A DNA stretch of 64,000 bases from Tagaea sp. (GTDB lineage: Bacteria > Pseudomonadota > Alphaproteobacteria > CACIAM-22H2), in NCBI GenBank assembly GCA_965229215.1, contig OZ245864.1, forward strand, positions 58,640 through 122,639. Direction: 5' to 3'. Under the pieces are notes generated by a model that was not told the origin of the DNA, made no database searches, and saw only the letters and a program-made list of their open reading frames with translations. The position numbers were made by a program, and so were the translations under genes. Shown here piece after piece: positions 8,994 through 20,060 of the stretch. Position 1 is the first letter of the stretch. Each line of letters starts with the position of its first letter.

Positions 8994-9947
8994 ATGTTCC
9001 AGTATCTCCTCAGGCGCGTTCTCTACGTCATCCCGATCGCGCTCGGCGTCAGTCTGGTCTGCTTCGCGCTCGTCCACATCGCGCCGGGTGATCCGTTGGC
9101 TGCGATTCTCCCTTCCGACGCGTCGCTCGAAATGCAGCAGCTGATGCGTTCGATCTACGGCTTCGACCGCCCGCTGCCGGTCCAGTTCGGCCTCTGGCTG
9201 CTGCGTGCGCTTGCCGGCGATCTCGGCATCTCGATTGCCTCCGGCCGGCCGGTTGCGACCGAGGTCTGGCACGCCATCGGCAACACCTTCATGCTCGCCG
9301 CCCTCGCGGCGGCGTTCGGCTTCTCCGTCGGGGCATTTCTTGGCTTCGTCGCGGGCTACTACCGCGGAACCTGGATCGACCGGGTATCGAGCACGCTATC
9401 GATCGCGGGGATCTCGCTGCCGCACTACTGGCTTGGCATGGTCCTGGCGATCGTCTTCTCGGTGCAGCTCAACTGGCTGCCGGCGACGGGTGCCGGCCCC
9501 GGCGGTTCTGCCGACTGGCGATGGGACTGGGAGCATGTCCGGTATCTGATCCTGCCGTCGCTGACGATGTCGGTCATCCCGCTCGGCATCGTTGCGCGCT
9601 CGGTCCGCGCGCTCGTTTCCGACATCCTGTCTCAGGAATTCGTCGAGGCGCTGCGCGCCAAAGGTCTCTCCGAACGCGGAATATTCCTGCACATCGTCAA
9701 GAACGCGGCCCCGACCGGCCTTGCCGTGATGGGGCTGCAGCTCGGCTACCTGCTCGGCGGCTCGATCCTGATCGAGACGGTCTTCGCATGGCCGGGATCG
9801 GGCTTCCTGCTTGGCAATGCCATCCTGCAGCGCGACCTGCCGCTGCTGCAGGGCACGATCCTCGTGCTAGCGATCTTCTTCGTCACGCTCAACCTTCTGG
9901 TCGACCTGGTGCAGACCTGGCTCGACCCGCGCATCAAGAGGGCCTAA
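8994..9947 (+). CDS. ABC transporter permease (DppB/OppB-like)
   Basis: 317 aa. MFQYLLRRVLYVIPIALGVSLVCFALVHIAPGDP is the canonical N-terminus of this family. Confidence 0.9.
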   Translation: MFQYLLRRVLYVIPIALGVSLVCFALVHIAPGDPLAAILPSDASLEMQQLMRSIYGFDRPLPVQFGLWLLRALAGDLGISIASGRPVATEVWHAIGNTFMLAALAAAFGFSVGAFLGFVAGYYRGTWIDRVSSTLSIAGISLPHYWLGMVLAIVFSVQLNWLPATGAGPGGSADWRWDWEHVRYLILPSLTMSVIPLGIVARSVRALVSDILSQEFVEALRAKGLSERGIFLHIVKNAAPTGLAVMGLQLGYLLGGSILIETVFAWPGSGFLLGNAILQRDLPLLQGTILVLAIFFVTLNLLVDLVQTWLDPRIKRA

Positions 9948-9950
9948 GCG

Positions 9951-10847
9951 ATGGCCAACGCGGCAGCATCTGCCGGAAACGCCGAATCCCCACCGGCCGC
10001 GACGCCGTCGCGCGGCTACTGGGCGAGCGTCCTGCGCCGGCTGATGCGCGACAAGGTCGCCATCGTCTGCATATCCATCTTCGCCCTGATCCTGCTTGCG
10101 GCGATTTTCGCCCCGCTGATCACGCCCGGCGATCCCTACCGCGCCTCGATGCTGCGCCGTCTGCGCCCCATCGGCACGCCGGGATTTCCGCTGGGCACCG
10201 ACGAACTCGGGCGCGACATGCTCACGCGGCTGATCTATGGCGGCCGGCTCTCGCTGTTCATGGGGCTGGTTCCGGTCTTCAACGCGTTCGTGATCGGCAC
10301 GTTCCTGGGCGTTCTCGCCGGGTTTGCCGGCGGCAAGACCAACATGGCGATCATGCGCACGATCGACGTGTTCTACGCTTTCCCGTCCGTCCTGCTCGCG
10401 ATCGCGATCTCCGGCGCGCTGGGTGCCGGCATCTTCAATTCGATCGTGTCGCTGACGATCGTGTTCATTCCGCCGCTTGCACGCGTGGCCGAAAGCGTGA
10501 CGACGCAGGTGCGCAATCTCGATTTCGTCGATGCCGCCCGCGCCAGCGGCGCCGATGCCTTCACGATTATCCGCGTCCATATCCTCGGCAACGTGCTGGG
10601 GCCGGTCTTCGTCTATGCGACGGGGCTCGTGTCGGTTTCGATGATCCTGGCCTCCGGCCTGTCGTTTCTCGGTCTTGGAACCAAGCCGCCCGAGGCCGAA
10701 TGGGGCCTCATGCTGAATACGCTGCGTACGGCGATCTATGTCCAGCCGGTCGTCGCGGCCCTGCCGGGCGCGATGATCTTCGCCGTGTCGATCTGCTTCA
10801 ATCTGTTCTCCGACGGGCTGCGCTCGGCCATGGACGTGAAGCTGTGA
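9951..10847 (+). CDS. ABC transporter permease (DppC/OppC-like)
   Basis: 298 aa. ...[23 protein letters not shown]... is the DppC-type motif. Confidence 0.9.
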   Translation: MANAAASAGNAESPPAATPSRGYWASVLRRLMRDKVAIVCISIFALILLAAIFAPLITPGDPYRASMLRRLRPIGTPGFPLGTDELGRDMLTRLIYGGRLSLFMGLVPVFNAFVIGTFLGVLAGFAGGKTNMAIMRTIDVFYAFPSVLLAIAISGALGAGIFNSIVSLTIVFIPPLARVAESVTTQVRNLDFVDAARASGADAFTIIRVHILGNVLGPVFVYATGLVSVSMILASGLSFLGLGTKPPEAEWGLMLNTLRTAIYVQPVVAALPGAMIFAVSICFNLFSDGLRSAMDVKL

Positions 10848-11890
10848 GCGAGACGGCGGAACTTCCCGACGTCGGCGGGCCGGCGCAGCCGTTGCTGGCG
10901 GTCCGCAGCCTGTTCCGGCACTTCCCCATCCGCGGGGGCCTGCTCAACCGCACGACGGCGGTCGTGCAGGCCGTCGACGGCATCGATTTCGACGTGGCGA
11001 AGGGCGAGACGCTTGGCATTGTTGGCGAGTCCGGTTGCGGCAAGTCCACGACCGCGCGCCTGCTGGTGCGCCTGCTCGATCCGGATTCGGGCGAGCTCAT
11101 CTATGATGGGCTCAAGGTCGGTGCGCAGGACGGGCTGACGATGCGCGAGATGCGCCGGCACGTGCAGATGGTCTTCCAGGATTCGTTCGCCTCGCTCAAT
11201 CCGCGCCTGACGGTCGTCGATTCCGTCGCTTTCGGTCCGAAGGTCCACGGGCTTCCGGCAGGCGAGGCGACGGCGCGTGCGCGCGATCTGCTGGCGCGGG
11301 TCGGCCTCGATCCGGCCCTGTTCGGGCGGCGCTACCCGCATGAGCTTTCCGGCGGCCAGCGCCAGCGCGTGAATATCGCGCGCGCCCTCGCGCTGCGCCC
11401 GCGCCTCGTCATCCTCGACGAGGCGGTCTCGGCCCTCGACAAATCCGTCGAGGCGCAGGTTCTCAACCTGCTGCAGGACCTGAAGGCCGAGTTCGGCCTC
11501 ACCTATGTCTTCATCAGTCACGACCTCAACGTCGTGCGCTACATGTCGGATCGCGTGCTCGTGATGTATCTGGGCCGCATCGTCGAGATCGGGCCGGTCG
11601 GGCCGATCTACGATTCGCCACAGCATCCCTATACGCGCGCCCTCCTGTCGGCGATGCCGTCGATGGATCCGGAGAACCGCACGCAGGAAGCGCCGATTGC
11701 CGGCGATCCGCCGAACCCGATCAATCCGCCACCCGGATGCCGATTCCACACACGCTGTCCGTTTGCCGAAGATGTCTGCAAGGCGAAGATCCCCGAGCTG
11801 GCGCCCTCGCGCATCGAGCAGGCGCATCTCGTCGCTTGTCACATGAGCGATCGGACATCCGGTCATTCACGCGCGGGGATGGGTCTGTGA
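10844..11890 (+). CDS. ABC transporter ATP-binding protein (DppF/OppF-like)
   Basis: GTG at 10844 overlaps the preceding stop (GTGA). Walker [18 protein letters not shown] signature, and a C-terminal oligopeptide-type extension with CRFHTRCP. The upstream part of track ORF 9521..11890 is out-of-frame read-through of the permease genes. Confidence 0.85.
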   Translation: MSETAELPDVGGPAQPLLAVRSLFRHFPIRGGLLNRTTAVVQAVDGIDFDVAKGETLGIVGESGCGKSTTARLLVRLLDPDSGELIYDGLKVGAQDGLTMREMRRHVQMVFQDSFASLNPRLTVVDSVAFGPKVHGLPAGEATARARDLLARVGLDPALFGRRYPHELSGGQRQRVNIARALALRPRLVILDEAVSALDKSVEAQVLNLLQDLKAEFGLTYVFISHDLNVVRYMSDRVLVMYLGRIVEIGPVGPIYDSPQHPYTRALLSAMPSMDPENRTQEAPIAGDPPNPINPPPGCRFHTRCPFAEDVCKAKIPELAPSRIEQAHLVACHMSDRTSGHSRAGMGL

Positions 11891-12861
11891 CGGCGCCGCT
11901 CGTCAGTGTCGAGCATCTGAGCGTGCTGTTCCGGTCGGCCGACCGGACGGTGCATGCCGTCAACGGCGTCGATCTCACGCTACAGCCTGGCGAAGTTCTC
12001 GGCCTGCTGGGCGAGTCCGGCTCGGGCAAGTCGGTCACGCTGAAGGCGCTGCTCCGGCTCCTGCCGGAAAGGCGCACGACACTCGGCGGCAAGGTCACGG
12101 TGGCCGGACACGACGTGCTATCCCTCGACGAGAAGGCTTTGCGCCGCTACCGCGGCTCGGTCGTCTCGATGATTTTCCAGGAGCCCATGCTCGCCTTCGA
12201 TCCGGTCTTTACGATCGGCGACCAGATCGCCGAGGCCGTGATGCGTCACGAAAATGTCGACCGGAAGGCTGGCCGCACGCGCGCACTGGAGATGCTCGAC
12301 CGCGTGCGAATTCCGTCGCCCAGGCGCCGTCTCGACGCCTATCCGCACGAGATGTCCGGTGGCATGCGCCAGCGCGCGATGATTGCGCTGGCACTGGCCT
12401 GCAAGCCACAGCTCCTGCTGGCCGACGAGCCGACGACCGCGCTCGACGCCACCGTGCAGATCCAGATCCTGCTGCTGCTGCGCGAACTCCAGAAGGAGTT
12501 CGGCATGGGCGTGATCTTCGTCACGCACGACGTGGGCGTCGCGGTCGAGGTGTCCGACCGTATGGCGGTCATGTATGCCGGCCGCATCGTCGAGCGCGGA
12601 TCGGCCAACGACCTGATCCGCCGGACCGCGCACCCCTATCCGCGCGGGCTGCTGGCTTCGACCGTCCATGGCGCCATGCGCGGCTCCCGCCTCGATGCCA
12701 TTCCGGGCGCGCCGCCGAATCTATCGAAGGCTCCGGTCGGTTGCGCCTTCGCGCCGCGTTGCCGTCATGCCGAGGATGCGTGCCTGTCCGCCCGCCCGCC
12801 GATCGTGCAGGTCGGCCCCGGCCACGAGGCCGAATGCCGCAGGATCGGTGCCTTCGATTGA
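11887..12861 (+). CDS. ABC transporter ATP-binding protein (DppD/OppD-like)
   Basis: GTG at 11887 overlaps the preceding stop. Walker A GESGSGKS, MSGGMRQR signature, C-terminal CAFAPRC. Confidence 0.85.
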   Translation: MTAPLVSVEHLSVLFRSADRTVHAVNGVDLTLQPGEVLGLLGESGSGKSVTLKALLRLLPERRTTLGGKVTVAGHDVLSLDEKALRRYRGSVVSMIFQEPMLAFDPVFTIGDQIAEAVMRHENVDRKAGRTRALEMLDRVRIPSPRRRLDAYPHEMSGGMRQRAMIALALACKPQLLLADEPTTALDATVQIQILLLLRELQKEFGMGVIFVTHDVGVAVEVSDRMAVMYAGRIVERGSANDLIRRTAHPYPRGLLASTVHGAMRGSRLDAIPGAPPNLSKAPVGCAFAPRCRHAEDACLSARPPIVQVGPGHEAECRRIGAFD

Positions 12862-12960
12862 CGCGGCGTGCAGATGCGCTAGCGTGCGGGGTTGATTTGG
12901 CCGGTCGGTCGGCATAGTTTCGCGCCGCCTGTACCAACCCTTCCAGGGAGCCCCCGCGCC

Positions 12961-13341
12961 GTGAAGAACCGTCTGCTTGTTCTGCCCGCCTTTCTGGCCC
13001 TGTCGCTGGCAGGTCCGCACGCCGCCGCCGCGCAGGACGCGGCCGCCGGCGACGTCGTTTTCAAGCGCGTCTGCTCGACCTGTCATAACGCGACCGTCGA
13101 CGGTCCGCGCAAGCTCGGCCCCACGCTGCACGGCGTCGTGGGCCGCAAGGCGGCCAGCGTCGAGGGCTTCCGCTACTCGACGGCCAAGCGCGATGCCGAT
13201 CTCGTCTGGACACCGGAAAAGCTCAGCGCCTATCTGATCAATCCGCGCGAATTCATGCCAGGCACGACGATGGCCTATGCCGGGCTGAAGAGTGACACCG
13301 ACCGCGGGAACCTGATCGCGTACCTGCAGACCCTGAAATAA
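12961..13341 (+). CDS. class I c-type cytochrome (mitochondrial c / c2 / c550-like), periplasmic
   Basis: Start at GTG 12961 (VKNRLLVLPAFLALSLAG signal). CSTCH haem motif, ...GPTLHGVVGRK...INPREFMPGTTMAYAGL...LIAYLQTL. Confidence 0.85.
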   Translation: MKNRLLVLPAFLALSLAGPHAAAAQDAAAGDVVFKRVCSTCHNATVDGPRKLGPTLHGVVGRKAASVEGFRYSTAKRDADLVWTPEKLSAYLINPREFMPGTTMAYAGLKSDTDRGNLIAYLQTLK

Positions 13342-13351
13342 GGGCCGGACG

Positions 13352-15310
13352 TCAGGCAGCCCGGACCGCCTCGAGGAATATCCGCACCCGCGTGCCCAGC
13401 GCTTCGGCCTGGGCCGCGACCTGTGTCGATGCGTCGAGGACGCCGCCCGACGCCATGCCGGTATCTTCCGAGGCGTTGCGCACGCCGGCGATCGCGCGGT
13501 TTGTTTCCTCGACGCCCGCAGCCGCCTGCTCGACATTGCGGCCGATCTCCTGCGTGGCTGCGGTCTGTTCCTCGATGGCCGAAGCCACGCTCGCCGTCAT
13601 CTCGGATATGCCGCGGATGGCGCCGCCGATCTCCGACATTGCGCCCACAACGCCGTTCGTGCGCTCCTGAATCGCGAAGATCTGCGCGCCGATTTCTTCG
13701 GTCGCCTTGGCCGTCTGCGCGGCCAGCGCCTTCACCTCGTTCGCGACGACTGCGAATCCCCGGCCTGCGTCGCCGGCGCGCGCCGCCTCGATGGTCGCGT
13801 TGAGGGCGAGCAGGTTCGTCTGCGCCGCGATCGAGTTGATGAGCTTCACCACGTCGCCGATGCGCATCGCCACGTCGTTGAGTTCGCGCACCCGCGCCTC
13901 GCTGTCGGCCGCGAGCGACGTCGTGCGACCCGCGCTTTCGCTCGATGCGGATACCTGCCGGGAAATCTCGCGGATCGATGCCGTCAGTTCCTCTGCCGCC
14001 GACGCGACAGTCTGGACGTTGGTCGACGCTTCGTTGGCTCCGGCGGCCGCGTTGATCGACAGTTCTCGGGCCGTCGAAGAGATCTGCGTCAGGCTGCGTG
14101 CGGTCGTTTCCATCTCGCCTGCGGCGCGTGCTGTCGTATCGAGAATGTCGACGACGCCGGCCTGGAATTCGGTCGTCAGGTCGGCGATGCGCTGGGCCCG
14201 TTCGACCTGCGCCTGCCGAGCGGCCTGAGATTCCGCCTCGAGGCGGCGCTGGGCCACGAGATTATCGCGGAAGATCAGGAGGCTGCGCCCCATCTCCGCG
14301 ATCTCGTTCCGCCCCGTGGCCTCGACCGTGAGGTCGGTTTCGCCTTCACCGAGGCGCTGCATCTGCCGGGTGATGTCGGTGATCGGGCGGGCGATCGAAC
14401 GGCCGATGAGGAGGCTCGCCCCGATCGCCGCAAAAAGCGTGGCGGCGATCGTCGTCCAGAGCAGGCGGGCGACGAAATCGAGCTGGGCGGCGATGCTTTC
14501 GCCGGCGGCCTTGGCGGTGCTCCGCTCGCCTTCGTGGAGCTGCGCCAGGACGGGTTCCATCGAGCGCGTGAGTCCATCGAGCTCGGTGATCTTCGTGTTG
14601 CGCATGTTCACGCTCGCGACGAGTTCGCCGAAACTGGCCGCGTATCCGTCGGCCAGTGCGACGAGTTCCGTGCGCTTCTGCGCGGGAATGTCGGAAGCGG
14701 CCAGCAGCGTCTTCAGGTTCGCCAGTTCCTTCGCATGAGCTTCGACGGGCGCCGGCGTCTCGCGCAGCTGGAAGTCCTTCTCGTGCCGGCGGAGCTGGAG
14801 GAGCGAAATGACGATCTTGTCGTGCCCGAGCTGGTTCAGGGCGGTTTCCGCATCGCGGATCGCGGCGCGCATGCGGCCCTGCTGGCCCTCGTTCTCGTTG
14901 AGGCCGAGGCGTCGCATGGTCGAGACGAGCTCGTCGAATGTGCGTCCATACCTTTCGGCCAGTGTTCCAAGTTCGCCGAACATCGGAGCAAGCGAAGGAT
15001 CTGCGGATGCCGAAAGCGACTGGAGGAGCGTGCGTGTCTGCCGGACGGTGGTCGAATTTCGGCCGGCGATGGAGAAATCGCGCCGGATGATGAAGTCGCG
15101 CTGGAGCCGGCGGATGTCCGCCATCGAATCGTCGAGCATCTGGAACTCGGCACCCCGCTGCGCGCTGGCGATACGTGCAGTCTGCGCGTCGTCGTTCACC
15201 CTTGCCTGATAGGCGATCGTGGCCCCGACGACCGCAAAGCCGAGGACGGAGATCGCCGCGAGCAGCAGCAGGTTCGTCTTGATCGGCAGGCCGGATATGC
15301 GCAAGGACAT
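13352..15310 (-). CDS. methyl-accepting chemotaxis protein
   Basis: 652 aa. N-terminal TM, a periplasmic helical domain, a second TM plus HAMP, and the conserved signalling hairpin ...[37 protein letters not shown]... Confidence 0.9.
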   Translation of the reverse strand: MSLRISGLPIKTNLLLLAAISVLGFAVVGATIAYQARVNDDAQTARIASAQRGAEFQMLDDSMADIRRLQRDFIIRRDFSIAGRNSTTVRQTRTLLQSLSASADPSLAPMFGELGTLAERYGRTFDELVSTMRRLGLNENEGQQGRMRAAIRDAETALNQLGHDKIVISLLQLRRHEKDFQLRETPAPVEAHAKELANLKTLLAASDIPAQKRTELVALADGYAASFGELVASVNMRNTKITELDGLTRSMEPVLAQLHEGERSTAKAAGESIAAQLDFVARLLWTTIAATLFAAIGASLLIGRSIARPITDITRQMQRLGEGETDLTVEATGRNEIAEMGRSLLIFRDNLVAQRRLEAESQAARQAQVERAQRIADLTTEFQAGVVDILDTTARAAGEMETTARSLTQISSTARELSINAAAGANEASTNVQTVASAAEELTASIREISRQVSASSESAGRTTSLAADSEARVRELNDVAMRIGDVVKLINSIAAQTNLLALNATIEAARAGDAGRGFAVVANEVKALAAQTAKATEEIGAQIFAIQERTNGVVGAMSEIGGAIRGISEMTASVASAIEEQTAATQEIGRNVEQAAAGVEETNRAIAGVRNASEDTGMASGGVLDASTQVAAQAEALGTRVRIFLEAVRAA

Positions 15311-15491
15311 GACACAGCTCCAATGAAGTCCGGCGCAAAGTTAGCTCCTCAATTGTGTTAACGTCAAATTTGCATCTATAGATGGCATACAATCGTGAAA
15401 ATCCTGATCCGGTAAACCTCCGCAACTACATGCGGATGGATGCCGGTCCTGATACCGGATTGACTACAAAACTATTCAAGCTCCTGCGGGC

Positions 15492-16064
15492 TTACTGCTG
15501 AACCGCGTGGTGCGGAACGTCGATCAGTCGCCGGGAGCCTGCGGCGAGATCGTAGATGTGGAACGAATCCATATTGCGGCCGTAGAGATGCAGGCTCACG
15601 CAAGGTTCGGCCGCCGCGTCGACGCCGGTCATGTGGATGTGGTCGGGGTTGGGGACGAAGCTGGTGACCGCGCCCGGATTGAGGAGAACCACACCGCCGC
15701 GACGCAGGACGATCCCCTCATTCCCGCAGATCTCGCCGGTCGGGCACATATAGGCCCGCTCGGCGAGGAAGCCGCGGACGATGCCGACCACGCCCCAACT
15801 GCCGTGATCGTGGACCGGCGTCCACTGGCCGGGAAGCCAGACGATGGCGAAGAGCGAGATCGTCTCGTTCGGGCAGAAATAGATCGCGTTGCGGCGGTAG
15901 TGCACCGGATCGGACTGGAGATGCGCGGGCTCGAGGAATTCCTCGGCCCGCGTCGTCAGCTTCTGCATCAGCGGCGCGATCGCATCGACGCGCGAGGCGA
16001 CGTCCGCCTCGCGCGTGATGATCTTCCCGCAGTTTCCAATGAACTCGGCCAGCGCCGGATGCAT
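15492..16064 (-). CDS. cysteine-dioxygenase-type-I-like cupin (thiol dioxygenase family)
   Basis: 190 aa. Cupin motif WTPVHDHGSWGVVGIVRG plus a downstream PDHIHMTG histidine. 18 nt downstream of the peroxiredoxin gene. Confidence 0.6.
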   Translation of the reverse strand: MHPALAEFIGNCGKIITREADVASRVDAIAPLMQKLTTRAEEFLEPAHLQSDPVHYRRNAIYFCPNETISLFAIVWLPGQWTPVHDHGSWGVVGIVRGFLAERAYMCPTGEICGNEGIVLRRGGVVLLNPGAVTSFVPNPDHIHMTGVDAAAEPCVSLHLYGRNMDSFHIYDLAAGSRRLIDVPHHAVQQ

Positions 16065-16082
16065 TTCGCCCGACCCCTTGGT

Positions 16083-16745
<663 letters not shown>

Positions 16746-16855
16746 TTCATCCTCCAAACAGCGGAACGGGAATACAGCTGGGGCGGGAATGCCAGTAATT
16801 CCCGGACTCTAGCCGACCGCTCCGGTCGCGCAAGGTACATTTTGCGGTCCGTTAC

Positions 16856-17620
16856 CTAGATCCGGAAGGGTGCGATCTTGACGCCGCCAGTCTCTAGCCG
16901 GCGGCGGACCGCGCGGGCCATTTCCACCGCACCGGGCGAATCGCCGTGGATGCAGACCGTGTCGATCGCCAGCGGCAGGCGCTTGCCGTTGATGCTGACG
17001 ATCGCGCGCTCCTGGACCATCTGGAGCACGCGGGCGGCGACCGTTTCGGGGTCGTGCAGCATGGCACCGGGTTTCTTGCGTGAAACGAGCGTGCCGTCGT
17101 CCTCGTAGGCGCGGTCGGCATAGATCTCGCGTGCCAGCGGCAGGTTGGCCGCCTGGCCGGCGCGCTCGAGGGCCGTCAGCGGAATTACCACGAAGACGAG
17201 CGAGGGGTCGACCGCGCGCACGGCGCGGGCGAGGGCACCGGCGATCGTGTCGTCGGTCATCGCCATGTTGGAAAGGGCACCATGCGCCTTGACGTGCGTC
17301 ACCCGGTGCCCGGCCATCGCCGCCATGCCCTGCAGCGCGCCGATCTGGTAGGCGAGCATCGCCTCGATCTCGCGCGCGGACATGCCGTGGATGGGCCGCC
17401 GGCCGAAACCCTGCAGATCGTGGAAGCCCGGATGCGCACCGATGGCCACACCCCGCACCTTGGCCTGCTCGACCGTCTTCAGCATCGTCTCCGGATCGCC
17501 CGCATGGAAGCCGCAGGCGACGTTGGCGCTGGTGACGATGTCGAGCATCGCCGCGTCGTCGCCCATGTTCCAGGCGCCGAAGCTCTCGCCCAGATCGCTG
17601 TTGAGGTCGACTGCAGGCAT
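16856..17620 (-). CDS. pxpA: 5-oxoprolinase subunit A (LamB/YcsF family)
   Basis: [22 protein letters not shown]...[12 protein letters not shown] is the LamB/YcsF signature. The part of track ORF 16856..18013 upstream of 17620 is Arg-rich read-through. Confidence 0.85.
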   Translation of the reverse strand: MPAVDLNSDLGESFGAWNMGDDAAMLDIVTSANVACGFHAGDPETMLKTVEQAKVRGVAIGAHPGFHDLQGFGRRPIHGMSAREIEAMLAYQIGALQGMAAMAGHRVTHVKAHGALSNMAMTDDTIAGALARAVRAVDPSLVFVVIPLTALERAGQAANLPLAREIYADRAYEDDGTLVSRKKPGAMLHDPETVAARVLQMVQERAIVSINGKRLPLAIDTVCIHGDSPGAVEMARAVRRRLETGGVKIAPFRI

Positions 17621-17631
17621 CCCGTGCTTCC

Positions 17632-18663
17632 TCAGGAATGGGTCCAGGTGTCGGTGTCGAGTGCGCTGACGGCACCGCCGGCGAGATTCGCTGCCAGCAG
17701 ACTTTCGCTCGACGGGGCGGCAGCGGCAAGCGGAACGATCCTGGCGGGCAAGGCATCGAGTTCGGCACGCCAGCGGCGCGTAAGATCCTGCGCGGCTGCG
17801 ACGTCGAGAGCCGCGAAGCGAAGCTTCCGCCCGGCCGGGATTTGGGCGAAACGGCCGAGGTCGGCGGTGACGATCCCGGCGATCTTGGGATAGCCGCCCG
17901 TTGTCCCCCTGTCCGCCAGCAGGACGAGCGGCTGGCCGTCGCCGGGGATCTGGATCTGGCCGTTGGCGATGCCGTCCGAAACGATGTTGTTGCCGCGGGC
18001 CGCGCCGATCCACGGCCCTTCAAGGCGATAGCCCATCCGGTCGGAGGCCGGCGAGATGCGCCATTCCGCGCCGAGAAAAGCCGCGATCTCGGCCGGCGAG
18101 AAATAGTCGTCCTGCGGACCGAGCACGACACGGATCGGCCCGTCGTCGGGGCGCGCCTCGGGCAGCATCGACTCGTGGGCGCGCGCGGTGGCGGTCATGC
18201 ATGCGATCTCGTCGCCTGCGCGCAGGGGACGGGGGAGCGGACTGCCGAGGTGCGCGCGTGCGTGGACGGAAAGGCTGCCGAATACCGGCGTGCCCGGAAT
18301 GCCGCCCTCCACGGCCAGATACGTAAAGGTGCCATCGCGCGCCGGGCGCAGGCCCAGCGACTCGCCAGGATGCAACAGGAAACTCGCCGCTATCCGGACG
18401 GGTCGATCGCCGATGGTCGTGGCGCGCGGGGCGCCGAACAAAGCGAGCCGCAGCCGCCCGCCGCGCACCGAAAAGCGCGTGGCAAGCGGGCCGATCTCGA
18501 TGGCGGCGGAGGCGGCCGGTTGCCCGACCAGCGCATTGACGGCGGCGAGCGACAGACGGTCCATGGCGCCTGCCGACGAGAGCCCGTAGCGTAGCGCCCC
18601 GAACCGGCCGGCATCCTGCACGGAAGTCGCGGGGCCAGCCTCTTCGACGACGAGCGTGCTCAT
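17632..18663 (-). CDS. pxpC: 5-oxoprolinase subunit C (allophanate hydrolase subunit 2 / KipA-like)
   Basis: [35 protein letters not shown] is the typical N-terminus. The start overlaps the pxpB stop (ATGA). Confidence 0.8.
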   Translation of the reverse strand: MSTLVVEEAGPATSVQDAGRFGALRYGLSSAGAMDRLSLAAVNALVGQPAASAAIEIGPLATRFSVRGGRLRLALFGAPRATTIGDRPVRIAASFLLHPGESLGLRPARDGTFTYLAVEGGIPGTPVFGSLSVHARAHLGSPLPRPLRAGDEIACMTATARAHESMLPEARPDDGPIRVVLGPQDDYFSPAEIAAFLGAEWRISPASDRMGYRLEGPWIGAARGNNIVSDGIANGQIQIPGDGQPLVLLADRGTTGGYPKIAGIVTADLGRFAQIPAGRKLRFAALDVAAAQDLTRRWRAELDALPARIVPLAAAAPSSESLLAANLAGGAVSALDTDTWTHS

Positions 18664-19388
18664 GTCGCCACCAGTTCGGCGACAGTCTCGCCGCGTTCGG
18701 CGGCACGCTCCAGCGCGTTCCATTCGCGCGCGGCGACGGCGTGGAACGTGATGCTGTCGCCCGTTCCCATCAGGAAGACCGGCTCGCGCGAGGGGTGGAA
18801 GTTGCGCATCGGCGTGCGGCCCAGGATGTGCCAGCCGCTGGGTGCGGCCAGGCATTGCACGCAGGCCTGCACGCCGCCGATCATGATCGCGCCCGGCGGC
18901 GTGACGGCACGCGGGGCTGCCCGCCGCGGCGTGGCGAGGACCGGATCGAGCCCGCCGAGATAGGCGAAACCCGGCGTGAAGCCGATCATGTAGACGCGAT
19001 AGTCGCCTGCCGCGTGCCGTTCGATCGTTTCGCGGGTCGTCAGGTCGTGCGCGCGCGCGACTTCGTCGAGATCTATGCCGGCTTCGCCGCCATAGACGAC
19101 CGGGATGCGCCAGCGCCGCCCGTTGGCCGCCTGCGGCTTCGCGCGCGCGGCGATCTCGCGCAGGCGGGCCGCGAGATCGGCGAAGCCGGCCAGAACCGGA
19201 TCGTACTGGACGAACAGCGAGCGGTAGGTCGGGATCGTCTCGACGACGCCGGCAAGCGCCGCCTTCGCCACCGCTGCGTCGAAGCCGAGTACGCGCGCGT
19301 TGATCGCCGAATCGACCGTATCGCCGAATTCGACCGTCAACGCGGCGTCGCCGCAGGGGAGGATGCGGAACTTCGAAGGAAGATCCAT
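18660..19388 (-). CDS. pxpB: 5-oxoprolinase subunit B (allophanate hydrolase subunit 1 / KipI-like)
   Basis: 242 aa. ...FRILPCGDAALTVEFGD...TYRSLFVQYDP... is typical of the family. Confidence 0.8.
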   Translation of the reverse strand: MDLPSKFRILPCGDAALTVEFGDTVDSAINARVLGFDAAVAKAALAGVVETIPTYRSLFVQYDPVLAGFADLAARLREIAARAKPQAANGRRWRIPVVYGGEAGIDLDEVARAHDLTTRETIERHAAGDYRVYMIGFTPGFAYLGGLDPVLATPRRAAPRAVTPPGAIMIGGVQACVQCLAAPSGWHILGRTPMRNFHPSREPVFLMGTGDSITFHAVAAREWNALERAAERGETVAELVAT

Positions 19389-19468
19389 GGCAGGTCTCTA
19401 ACAGACCATTTCGGCGGCGCGCGGTCTACTGCTCGACTTGCTGCGTGCGAAGCGGCAGTCTGGACTCC

Positions 19469-20053
19469 ATGCCCAGCCCCCATCCGATCAGCCCCGACCA
19501 GTTCGTGCCGTTCCCGTGGAAGAACGGGAAAGGCCTCACGCGCGACATCGTCTCGGTCTTCGCGTCCGGCGGGCGTCCCGGCGACTGGGACGCGACCTTG
19601 TGGCGCTTCGGTCGCACCGGCATTTCAAGCTCGCCCAGCCCGTTCTCCGACATGGCGGGGTTCGAGCGCCTTCAGGTCGTCGTCCTGGGCCGTGGGCTGC
19701 GCCTCAGCTGTGGCGACGGCAGCGAGATCGACGTGCGCACGCCGTTCGTTCCGGTGCGCTTCGACGGTGCCACGAAGATCGAAGCGTTTCTCGACGAAGG
19801 TCCGGTCGAGGTCGTCAACCTGATCGTCCGGCGCAGCCATGCGACCGGCAGCCTTGCCGTCGTCGAAGCGGGGGCCGAGATGCGTCTGGGCGCCTACCCG
19901 CATGTCGTCTATGCGCCGGACGGCGCGGTCGGACTCGCGCTCGAGAGCAGGATTCATACGATCCCGGCCGGGCATGCACTGCGCATCGACGCGGGCGGCG
20001 CGCTGCGGGTTTTTTCCGGCCGTGGCCTCGTAGCAGGAATCCAGCCGAAATAG
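19469..20053 (+). CDS. hutD: HutD/Ves-family protein
   Basis: ...PFPWKNGKGLTRDI... is the HutD N-terminal motif, and the length is right at about 195 aa. ATG 19469 is preferred over the GTG at 19445 in the track. Confidence 0.6.
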   Translation: MPSPHPISPDQFVPFPWKNGKGLTRDIVSVFASGGRPGDWDATLWRFGRTGISSSPSPFSDMAGFERLQVVVLGRGLRLSCGDGSEIDVRTPFVPVRFDGATKIEAFLDEGPVEVVNLIVRRSHATGSLAVVEAGAEMRLGAYPHVVYAPDGAVGLALESRIHTIPAGHALRIDAGGALRVFSGRGLVAGIQPK

Positions 20054-20060
20054 CGTCGGG

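Noticed and set aside
9521-10843. Long N-terminal extensions of several track ORFs (9521..11890, 16856..18013, 17632..18855, 32019..34178, 33182..34666, 37806..39362, 40589..42304, 41827..43302, 43299..45080, 46907..48919, 47740..49137, 50365..52116)
   Set aside because: The extensions run through the upstream gene in another frame and translate to Arg/Pro-rich junk. Internal ATG/GTG codons give canonical family N-termini, often with an SD or ATGA/GTGA coupling to the upstream stop, and I chose those instead.
10844-12861. Unusual F-then-D order of the two ATPase genes in the first ABC operon, versus D-then-F in the second
   Set aside because: My D/F assignment rests only on N-terminal sequence feel. 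Gene order varies among Opp/Dpp-type operons, so I do not consider it informative.
15373-15384. 12-bp perfect palindrome CATCTATAGATG upstream of the MCP gene
   Set aside because: It is real in the sequence. However, a six-pair palindrome is short enough to arise by chance somewhere in the pooled intergenic DNA of a 64-kb window. I see no second copy or supporting context, so it is not reported as a site.
19426-19653. 75-aa minus-strand ORF in the pxpB/hutD divergent region
   Set aside because: It overlaps the hutD 5' end in antisense, has no SD, and its composition is implausible.
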